From assembly GCA_046484135.1 (NCBI GenBank), contig JAWOBU010000262.1, positions 1 to 59,997 of the forward strand: a DNA stretch of 59,997 bases. Direction: 5' to 3'. Under the pieces are notes generated by a model. That model had not been told where the DNA came from. It made no database searches and saw nothing but the letters and a program-made list of their open reading frames with translations. Position numbers and translations under genes: made by a program. Shown here piece after piece: positions 29,827 through 37,647 of the stretch (position 1 is its first letter; each line of letters starts with the position of its first letter). Source of the stretch: a bacterium. GTDB taxonomy: Bacteria > RBG-13-61-14 > DATKZS01.

Positions 29827-30987
29827 TTGTCTTCCAAGGCTGTTTTAACGGGCACACATTTCTTGAACGGGGACTACGCCTGTTGTGAGGGCGCGCTTGC
29901 CGCGGGCTGCCGCTTTTTTGCGGGCTATCCGATCACTCCTGCTACCGAGGTTGCGGAGCGGATGTCTCGCCGTCTGCCGCAGGTGGGGGGCACCTACATC
30001 CAGATGGAGGACGAGATGGGTTCCATGGCCGCTCTTTTGGGCGCGGCCTGGGGAGGCGCCAAGGCCATGACCAGCACCTCGGGGCCGGGCTTCTCCCTTA
30101 TGATGGAAAACATCGGGCTGGGAATCTGTACTGAGACCCCCTGCGTGGTCTGTAACGTGCAGAGGGGAGGACCCAGCACCGGCCTTCCAACCCAGACCGG
30201 TCAGGCGGACATGATGCAGGCCAGGTGGGGGTCCCACGGCCACTACGAAATAATCGCGGTGGCCCCCTCAAGCCCCCAGGAGATGTTCGACTTTACCATA
30301 TGGGCGTTCAACCTGTCCGAGCAGTACCGCATCCCGGTCCTCATAATGGCTGACGAGACAGTGGGCCACATGACGGAAAAGGTGGTGATCCCCCCGGAGG
30401 ACGAGATCATCACCAGGTATCGTAAAAAACCCAAGGTGTCCGCCAGCAAGTACCTCCCCTATAAGCCGGACCAGGACTGGATCGCTCCCATGGCCAACTG
30501 GGGAGACGGCTATCGCATGCATATCACCGGGCTTACCCACGATCACCGCGGCTATCCCGTCATGAGCGAAGAAGCGCAGGCCCAGATGGTGGAGCGATTG
30601 GTGCGCAAGATACGCGACAACGCCGACAAGATAATAGACTACGAAACCATGTACCTTGACGACGCCGAGATCGCGGTTATCTCCTACGGCATCAGCGTGC
30701 GTGCGGCCAAGCGCGCGGTCACCGACGCCCGGGCGGAAGGCATCAAGGCGGGCCTGGTTAAACTGAATACTGTATGGCCCTTTCCGGAGAGCTTTGTGCG
30801 GGACCTGGCCAAAAAAGTCAAGGCCATGGTCATGCCGGAGATCAACCTGGGACAGATATCGCTCGAGATGGAGCGCTGCGCCGCCGGCCAGTGCATTGTC
30901 AGGCCGGTAACGCATTACGGCGGTGCGATCCACCGGCCCTCCAATGTCCTTCACGCGGTGGAGGAGGTTTTAAAGGAGTCGAGATGA
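29827..30987 (+). CDS. korA: 2-oxoacid:ferredoxin oxidoreductase alpha subunit (substrate not determinable)
   Basis: GYPITP, QMEDE, TSGPG, QRGGPSTGLPT; AAGGAGG RBS with TTG start. Confidence 0.93.
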   Translation: MSSKAVLTGTHFLNGDYACCEGALAAGCRFFAGYPITPATEVAERMSRRLPQVGGTYIQMEDEMGSMAALLGAAWGGAKAMTSTSGPGFSLMMENIGLGICTETPCVVCNVQRGGPSTGLPTQTGQADMMQARWGSHGHYEIIAVAPSSPQEMFDFTIWAFNLSEQYRIPVLIMADETVGHMTEKVVIPPEDEIITRYRKKPKVSASKYLPYKPDQDWIAPMANWGDGYRMHITGLTHDHRGYPVMSEEAQAQMVERLVRKIRDNADKIIDYETMYLDDAEIAVISYGISVRAAKRAVTDARAEGIKAGLVKLNTVWPFPESFVRDLAKKVKAMVMPEINLGQISLEMERCAAGQCIVRPVTHYGGAIHRPSNVLHAVEEVLKESR

Positions 30988-31916
30988 GCCCTTCTAAAAA
31001 ACAGAAATCACAGAAAACGAAGCACCCGTCCGACGAGCTGATCCGGACGGACCGGATGCCTCACATCTGGTGCCCCGGTTGCGGCATCGGCACCGTGTTC
31101 GGTTGCGTAATCAACGCCATCCAGAAGTCGGGCATTCCTTACGACGACATGGCGGTGGTCTCCGGCATCGGCTGTACGGGCAGGATGGCGGGTTACATCA
31201 AGCTGGACTCCTTCCATACCACCCACGGCCGGGCGGTCCCCTTTGCCACCGGTTTGAAGCTGGCAAGGCCGGAAGGCACAGTCATGGTCTGCTCCGGAGA
31301 CGGGGACCTTCTGGCCATCGGGGGCAACCACTTCATCCACGCCGCCCGCCGGAACATTGACATGACCATCGTGTGCGTAAACAACTTCAACTACGGCATG
31401 ACCGGCGGACAACTTGCGCCCAGCACTCCCTTCGGGGCCAAGACCACCACCAGCCCGGCGGGATGCCCGGAGATGCCCTTCAACTTTTCCCAGATGGCCT
31501 ACTCCTGCGGGGCCGTGTACGTATCGCGCTGGACATCGCTCCACGTAAGGCGGCTCACCGAATCCATCGAGCAGGCACTCAATAAAAAAGGGTTCTCCTT
31601 TGTCGAGATACTCTCTCCCTGCCCTACCGCGTTCGGAAGAAGAAACAGGATCAGAAGGCCGCTGGACCTCTTGCGGTTCTATCACCAGAACTCGGTCATA
31701 AAGAACGACATTGACCCGCAGGAGGCCGGGCTTGACTTCAACAAGGGACTGGTGGTCGGAAACTTCGTGGACATCGAAAGGCCCACCTTCAACGATACCT
31801 GCGAGCTTATCGAAAGCGGCGAGCTAGAGGACTGGCCGAACCTGTACGGCAAGTCCACCCCCGAGAAGAAAGACAAGGAAAAAGAACGGAAGAAAGACGA
31901 GAAAAAGGCGGGATGA
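30984..31916 (+). CDS. korB: 2-oxoacid:ferredoxin oxidoreductase beta subunit (TPP-binding)
   Basis: WCPGCG, SGIGC, HGRA, GDGD...NN, YGMTGGQ, SPCP; ATGA overlap with the alpha gene. Confidence 0.93.
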   Translation: MSPSKKQKSQKTKHPSDELIRTDRMPHIWCPGCGIGTVFGCVINAIQKSGIPYDDMAVVSGIGCTGRMAGYIKLDSFHTTHGRAVPFATGLKLARPEGTVMVCSGDGDLLAIGGNHFIHAARRNIDMTIVCVNNFNYGMTGGQLAPSTPFGAKTTTSPAGCPEMPFNFSQMAYSCGAVYVSRWTSLHVRRLTESIEQALNKKGFSFVEILSPCPTAFGRRNRIRRPLDLLRFYHQNSVIKNDIDPQEAGLDFNKGLVVGNFVDIERPTFNDTCELIESGELEDWPNLYGKSTPEKKDKEKERKKDEKKAG

Positions 31917-31919
31917 TCC

Positions 31920-32513
31920 ATGTCCAGCACTTCGCATGAAAAACAGGTCAAGATCACAGGCTATGGCGGCCAGGGCATCGTGCTTACCGGCAACATCCTG
32001 GGCAAGGCCGCGGCCATCCACGACAACATGCAGGCCACCATGACCCAGTCCTACGGGCCGGAAGCACGCGGCGGCGCCTGCTCCTCCCAGGTCATCATCA
32101 GCGACCAGGAGATACTGTTCCCCGAGGTCGAGCATCCCCAGGTGCTCATCTGCATGAGCGAGGAAGGATACCGTAAAAACATCGGAGACCTCGCCAAGAA
32201 CGGCATCCTGATATGGGACAGCGACCTGGTCGAGATAGAAGAGCCCGATCCCACCTGGACCACCTACGACGTGCCCGCAACCCGCATCGCGGAAGAACTC
32301 GGCAACAAAATGATGGCAAACATCGTCATGCTGGGGTTCGTGTCCGCGGTAAGCGACCTGGTCTCCGCAGACTCGCTCCGGCAGGCAGTGCTCTCATCCG
32401 TGCCCCCCCACACCAAGGAAAAGAACGCCGGGGCATTCGACCGCGGAAAAGAGTACGGCGAAGCCATACTGAAAAGCCGGTCCAAAAAGGAAGAGAGCCG
32501 GGAGCACGCATGA
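31920..32513 (+). CDS. korC: 2-oxoacid:ferredoxin oxidoreductase gamma subunit
   Basis: GYGGQG, SYGPEARGG, NIVMLG. Confidence 0.93.
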   Translation: MSSTSHEKQVKITGYGGQGIVLTGNILGKAAAIHDNMQATMTQSYGPEARGGACSSQVIISDQEILFPEVEHPQVLICMSEEGYRKNIGDLAKNGILIWDSDLVEIEEPDPTWTTYDVPATRIAEELGNKMMANIVMLGFVSAVSDLVSADSLRQAVLSSVPPHTKEKNAGAFDRGKEYGEAILKSRSKKEESREHA

Positions 32514-35500
32514 GTGCCCTCTCCAGAAAGCCCGAGCCTGAAAAGGCCGTCCTGCTGGTGGGCTCCGGCTACGGTGCCCTTAAAACCGCAGAGGACCTGG
32601 CAGCCTCCGGCATTCCCGTGGTATGGGTCACCCGGGCCAACCATTTCCTGGAAGTGCCCGGCGGAATCGGGTCCTTCGAGGAGTGGCCCGAGGACATAAA
32701 CTTCCAGTTCCGGCCGCTCTACCTGCGCGTTACCCGCCACCCGCTGGTGACCCCTTTGACCAGGGCCGGAATCGAATCGTTCCAGCCTGATAAAAACGGC
32801 TACAAGGTGGTGGTGCGCCAGGACCCCGAGTACGTGGACTATGACTTGTGTACCGGCTGCGGAAGGTGCATGGAAATCTGTCCTTTATCCGAAAGCGCGC
32901 TGCCGCCGCTTACCCGCACTCCAGCCTACTGCCCCTCACGGGCACTCGAGCTCGATAAAAGAACCACAAGCCCTTGTCGGATCGCGTGTCCTCTCGGAGT
33001 GAACGCCCAGGCCTATCTCGCGCTTACCGCGGCCGGCCGGTTCTCAGAAGCGCTGGCGGTTATCAAAAAAGACAACCCTCTGCCGGGCGTGTGCGGCCGC
33101 GTATGCCACCACCCTTGCGAGGCCGAGTGCCGACGCGCCGACCTGGACCAGGCAGTGGCCATCCGGGACGTAAAAAGGTTCCTTGCCGATTACGAGGCTG
33201 AGCACGGCACAATCGGGATAGAAAAGCCCGCGCATCTGCGAAGGTCGGAAAGGGTGGCTGTCATCGGCTCGGGTCCGGCCGGTCTTACCGCAGCCCATTT
33301 CCTGAACCAGCAAGGGTTCCAGGTCACCGTGTTCGAGTCCATGGAACAGGCGGGCGGGATGCTCCGCGCCGGCATCAACGCCTTCCGGCTGCCCAGGAAA
33401 GTCCTGGACCTGGAAATACAGGCGCTAGCAGACTCCGGCATCACCCTGAAGACCGGGACCACCGTAAGCTCCCCGGACCAGCTCTTTAAAAAAGGATATA
33501 AGGCGGTGGCGCTGTGCACCGGCACCCACTGCGACCTGTCGCTGGGCATTCCCGGCGAAGACCTTGCCGGAGTAAAGCAATGCGTTAAGTTCCTCTCTGG
33601 AGTGAACCTGGCGGGGGAAGGCGACGCCGGCGGCGGGACCCTGGTGATAGGCGGCGGCAACTCCGCCATGGACGCCGCCCGGACGGCTTTGCGTCTCGGC
33701 TCGGCCGAGGTGGTGGTTGCGGCGATAGAAAAGGAGGACGATCTTCCCGCCCATCCTCGCGAGGCCCGCGAAGCCGAGGAGGAGGGCGTCATCTTTAAGC
33801 TGGGCCTTGCGCCCGTGGCGATCGAAGGGGACGGCAAGGTCGAGAAGGTCCTGTTCAAACCTGCCCACTGGGAGTTCCCCGAGAACGGGCCGCCAAGGAT
33901 AGAGTTTGACTCGGACGAGACAGTAAGCGTTCGGGCGGACTCGGTGATCGTGGCCATCGGCCAGAAGCCCCATCTTGCTGAGTGCGGCCTGGACCAGTGC
34001 GTCGAGCTCGGCAAAGGCGGCAGGATCAAAACCAACGAGAAATGCGAGACGTCCCAAAAAGGCGTGTTTGCCGCGGGCGACGTGGTTACCGGACCTTCCA
34101 CCGTCATAGACGCCATGGCCTCGGGAAGGGAATTGGCCGGAAGGATACACACCTACCTTACCAGGAAGCCGGCCCCCTTTATAGACCGGACCATGCCCGA
34201 ACGCGGCGTGGGCGACCCGGTCGAGATTTCGGAGGACATGCTCAAAGAAAAGCGGCAGGAGCTGAGACAGCGCCAGCCCAAGGTCCGCCGGCGCGACTTT
34301 GACGAGGTGGACTTCGGCTACAGCGACCAGCAGGCGAGGTCCGAGTCGCTGCGCTGCTTACAATGCGGGGGCTGTTGCGAATGCCGTATCTGCGAACAAG
34401 AGTGCGAGGAGATCAAGGCCATAGACCATTTCCGGCAGGCCACCCGGGGGGAGTTTATAAGTCCCTGCGTAGTAGTAGCGGACATGGATGAAGCGCCAGA
34501 AGAGCTGCGGGAGGAGCAGGAGGCGGTGTTCCCCATGACCCAGCTCCGGGAGACCACTAACCTCATGGACGTGCTGGTCGCGGGAAGCGCGGCCGCGGGA
34601 AAAGCCATGGCCCGGGCCGCAAGCATCCGGCAGAGGACCTCGCCGGAGACCTCGGAGGAGCCCCCCGAGTGGACAACCAATCCCAGGCTCGGGGTGTTCC
34701 TGTGCTCCTGCAACCATACCATTGCCACTCCCGACGTAATGGAGCGGCTCGCAGAGTTCGCCGGCAGCGTGCCCGGCGTGGTCCACAGCGAGGTGTTGCC
34801 CTCGGTGTGCCATCCGCAGGGCGCGGACCGGATAGCCAAGAAGGTCAAGACGCGGAACCTCGACCGGGTAATCGTGGCCTCCTGCATATGCTGCCCGCTT
34901 CAGTTCCACTGCATCTCCTGTAACGACCAGCGCACCCGCGCCAAGATCCACCTGTTCGAGGACCACAAGCTGAACCCCGCCGGCTTCGAGATGATTAACC
35001 TGCGCGATCAGATCAGCGCGGGAGAGGGCCAGTCGGAAGGCGAGATATTCGACCGGGCGCGAGACATCCTGCGGGGCGCATTTGTACGGGCACGGTTTAT
35101 GGGGCCGCTCCGGCAGGGATACACCGAGATCGGCAAGAGGATACTGATCCTGGGCGCTTCCGAGCTGGGTCTGTCCTGCGCTTATAACCTGGACCTGCAG
35201 GGCTTCAAGGTAAGGCTGGTCCATGATTGCACGGTGGGCGGCGAAGATAAAACTTCAAAAAAGCCGGCAAGCAATGAAGACCTCGGGAAAGGCAAGTCCA
35301 TTACCCATGTGCCCGAAGCAGTGATCGAGGACATCCGGGGACACATGGGCGACTTCACGGTAATGGCCCGGCTGGACGGCAAGCGCCGCAGGTGGAAGGC
35401 GGACATGGTATGCCTGACCGAGGAAAGCGTGCTCCCGCTTGCCGTGCACGAAGACATGTCCGGATTGAAAAAACTCTACCGCTATGACTTCGCCTTTTTT

Positions 35501-35878
35501 CACACGCCCCAGCTCGGGCTCTACCGGGTCCTGCCCCGCACCTTGAAACGGGTGCCAGCAACAGGCGCAGGCGCGGCTTTGGCTTCCCAGGTGGCCACCG
35601 CGGCCGCGGAAGCGTTCCTCAAAGACCACGAGCTGAGCCCGATAGTAGACAAGGAGCGCTGCCGGGGTTGCGGCAGGTGCGCGGAGATTTGTCCGTTCGA
35701 CGCTATCAGGATGTCGCCTACTCAAGAAGGGATCTATACAGCGGAGGTCCTCCGGTACAACTGCGTGGGATGCGGCGGCTGCGTGGGGCGCTGTCCGGTC
35801 ATGGCCATGGACATACCTTACTTCTCCAATGAACTCTTGACCGAGATCGTAAAAGAAACCCTGGCGGGAGAGCGCTGA
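32510..35878 (+). CDS. HdrL-like multidomain flavo-Fe/S protein: a GltD/SudA-type pyridine-nucleotide module inserted in degenerate HdrA modules, with C-terminal 2x[4Fe-4S]
   Basis: ATG 32510 overlaps the korC stop (ATGA). CTGCGRCMEICP; PCRIACP..CGRVCHHPCE; GSGPAG; GGGNSAMD; AIGQ; FAAGD; HdrA N-domain GVFLCSC..VASC..EMINLRDQ; two ferredoxin motifs. Confidence 0.85.
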   Translation: MSALSRKPEPEKAVLLVGSGYGALKTAEDLAASGIPVVWVTRANHFLEVPGGIGSFEEWPEDINFQFRPLYLRVTRHPLVTPLTRAGIESFQPDKNGYKVVVRQDPEYVDYDLCTGCGRCMEICPLSESALPPLTRTPAYCPSRALELDKRTTSPCRIACPLGVNAQAYLALTAAGRFSEALAVIKKDNPLPGVCGRVCHHPCEAECRRADLDQAVAIRDVKRFLADYEAEHGTIGIEKPAHLRRSERVAVIGSGPAGLTAAHFLNQQGFQVTVFESMEQAGGMLRAGINAFRLPRKVLDLEIQALADSGITLKTGTTVSSPDQLFKKGYKAVALCTGTHCDLSLGIPGEDLAGVKQCVKFLSGVNLAGEGDAGGGTLVIGGGNSAMDAARTALRLGSAEVVVAAIEKEDDLPAHPREAREAEEEGVIFKLGLAPVAIEGDGKVEKVLFKPAHWEFPENGPPRIEFDSDETVSVRADSVIVAIGQKPHLAECGLDQCVELGKGGRIKTNEKCETSQKGVFAAGDVVTGPSTVIDAMASGRELAGRIHTYLTRKPAPFIDRTMPERGVGDPVEISEDMLKEKRQELRQRQPKVRRRDFDEVDFGYSDQQARSESLRCLQCGGCCECRICEQECEEIKAIDHFRQATRGEFISPCVVVADMDEAPEELREEQEAVFPMTQLRETTNLMDVLVAGSAAAGKAMARAASIRQRTSPETSEEPPEWTTNPRLGVFLCSCNHTIATPDVMERLAEFAGSVPGVVHSEVLPSVCHPQGADRIAKKVKTRNLDRVIVASCICCPLQFHCISCNDQRTRAKIHLFEDHKLNPAGFEMINLRDQISAGEGQSEGEIFDRARDILRGAFVRARFMGPLRQGYTEIGKRILILGASELGLSCAYNLDLQGFKVRLVHDCTVGGEDKTSKKPASNEDLGKGKSITHVPEAVIEDIRGHMGDFTVMARLDGKRRRWKADMVCLTEESVLPLAVHEDMSGLKKLYRYDFAFFHTPQLGLYRVLPRTLKRVPATGAGAALASQVATAAAEAFLKDHELSPIVDKERCRGCGRCAEICPFDAIRMSPTQEGIYTAEVLRYNCVGCGGCVGRCPVMAMDIPYFSNELLTEIVKETLAGER

Positions 35879-35879
35879 C

Positions 35880-36305
35880 ATGGACAAGGTAAACATTCTC
35901 GGTATCTGCTGTAACTGGAGTCCCTTTGCCTGCTTTAACGCCGCGGGCATGGCCCGGATGAAAATGCCGCCGAACTTCCGGCTGGTCCGCGTCATGTGCA
36001 TCGGCAGGATCAACCAGGCGCTTATACTGCGGGCGTTCGAGCACGGGGCGGACGGCGTGATCCTTCTCCAGTGCCTGGACGAGGACTGCCGCTACGGTCC
36101 CGGACCGGAGGTCGGCCACGTCAACGTGGACCGGGTCAGAAGCATACTGCGTATCATGGGCATAGGCCAGCGCCGGCTGGTCGAGAAAAGCTTTGCCGCC
36201 CACGAAAAAGAAGAGCTGGTAGAAACGCTGTGGGAGTTCGCCGGGGTGATAGAAGAGCTCGGCCCGAACCCGGCCAAACCTCGTCAGGAAATGGAAGCGT
36301 CGTAA
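35880..36305 (+). CDS. mvhD: MvhD/FlpD-type [2Fe-2S] subunit
   Basis: CCNW, RVMCIGR, GADGV, C...DCRY. Confidence 0.9.
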   Translation: MDKVNILGICCNWSPFACFNAAGMARMKMPPNFRLVRVMCIGRINQALILRAFEHGADGVILLQCLDEDCRYGPGPEVGHVNVDRVRSILRIMGIGQRRLVEKSFAAHEKEELVETLWEFAGVIEELGPNPAKPRQEMEAS

Positions 36306-36306
36306 A

Positions 36307-37467
36307 TTGGATGATCAGACCATAGACCGGATTTTAAAAAAGCACAACCTCTATCAATGCCTGGAGTGCGGCAAGTGCTCGGCCTCTTGCCCCCGCATGC
36401 TCACGGGAAAGGAGTACTCGCCAAGGCTCCTGGCCCGGAAGCTGATCGAGGAGAGGCACGACGAAGCGTTTATCGAAAGCTCGGTATGGGAATGCCTGAC
36501 CTGCGGGCTGTGCAGCGAGCGGTGTCCGTCCGCCATCCGGTTCACTGACTTTATCCTGGAGATGCGCACTATCCTGGCCGCGGAAAAGGGACTGAAGGGA
36601 TACCGGGCCCACGACGGCGCCATCCACTCCTGGATCCGGATGATGACTGCGCCGGAGCTTTCGCAGAACCGGCTGGAATGGGTCCCGTCCGGGCTGAAGA
36701 CTGCGTCGTCCGGGCCGGTGGCCTACTTCGTGGGGTGCGCGCCCTACTTCGACGTCTTCTTCGCGGGCATCGAGGTGGATACACTGTCTATAGCACGGGA
36801 CAGCATTCGGCTTCTAAACTTCCTGGACATCGAGCCGGTGCTTCTTCCTAACGAGCGCTGCTGCGGGCACGACCTTTTGTGGACCGGCGACCGGGAGAAC
36901 TTCGAGACCCTGTGCCGGCAGAACTACGAACAGTTCAAGAAAGCGGGCATAGAAGAGATCGTGGTCTCGTGTCCCGAGTGCTACCAGGTGCTGGGAGGAT
37001 ACATGCCCGAGGTCATCCCCGGCTTTGACATAAAGGTCTCGCTTCTTATGGAAAAGCTCGAGACCGAGGTCAAGAAAGGCGGGATCGGGTTCAAACCTTT
37101 TCATGAAAAGGTGACCTATCAGGACCCCTGTCGGCTGGGGAGGATGGCCGGCGTGTACGATACTCCCCGGGACCTGCTTAACCGGGTGCCCGAGCTCAAG
37201 CTTGTCGAGATGGAAAGCTACGCCAGGAGCGCGCTCTGTTGCGGCAACAGCGCCTTTATAAACTGCGACTCCTACTCCAAGCTGATCCAGGTGGAAAGGC
37301 TGAAGCAGGCCCGGGCCACAAAAGCGCAAACCCTGATAACCGCGTGCCCCAAGTGCATGATCCACTTGACCTGCTCCATGCGCGACCCCTTCCGCAAGGA
37401 GTCGCTGGCCTTAAACATAAAAGACCTTACGTCCGTCTTGGCCGACTGCATCGAGTGGACGGGCTGA
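36307..37467 (+). CDS. HdrD-like Fe-S oxidoreductase (2x[4Fe-4S] plus two CCG domains)
   Basis: CLECGKCSASCP, CLTCGLCSERCP, FVGC..ERCCG..SCPEC, QDPC..CCG..TACPKC. Confidence 0.88.
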   Translation: MDDQTIDRILKKHNLYQCLECGKCSASCPRMLTGKEYSPRLLARKLIEERHDEAFIESSVWECLTCGLCSERCPSAIRFTDFILEMRTILAAEKGLKGYRAHDGAIHSWIRMMTAPELSQNRLEWVPSGLKTASSGPVAYFVGCAPYFDVFFAGIEVDTLSIARDSIRLLNFLDIEPVLLPNERCCGHDLLWTGDRENFETLCRQNYEQFKKAGIEEIVVSCPECYQVLGGYMPEVIPGFDIKVSLLMEKLETEVKKGGIGFKPFHEKVTYQDPCRLGRMAGVYDTPRDLLNRVPELKLVEMESYARSALCCGNSAFINCDSYSKLIQVERLKQARATKAQTLITACPKCMIHLTCSMRDPFRKESLALNIKDLTSVLADCIEWTG

Positions 37468-37538
37468 AACAAGCGGGTTAGGATTGATACGGAAACTGAA
37501 ATGACAACAAAGCCTCATGCGGCACGTAATTTATTATC

Positions 37539-37601
37539 GCGACTAAAGTCGCTCGCACGGAGGAGTAAATCTTGAATCGTTGCGACTTACGTCGCTCGCA
37601 C
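37539..37601. repeat. Two tandem REP-like palindromic units GCGACT(AAA/TAC)GTCGCTCGCAC
   Basis: Copies at 37539-37558 and 37582-37601; a third copy at 58714-58733. Confidence 0.8.
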
Positions 37602-37647
37602 TGAAGATCAAATTTTAATTTTAGAAAGCACTAGCGAGGAAAGTGAG

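Noticed and set aside
32213..32509. N-terminal extensions given by the ORF track (also 30774-30983, 48671-48733, 42449-42556)
   Set aside because: They overlap upstream genes or promoters; downstream ATGs with coupling or an RBS fit family N-termini better.
37501..37575. 24-codon ORF MTTKPHAARNLLSRLKSLARRSKS
   Set aside because: No RBS, and it runs through a REP-like unit; likely spurious.
37539..37601. Mini CRISPR array
   Set aside because: Only two 20-nt units with a 23-nt spacer, a dispersed third copy, and no cas genes.
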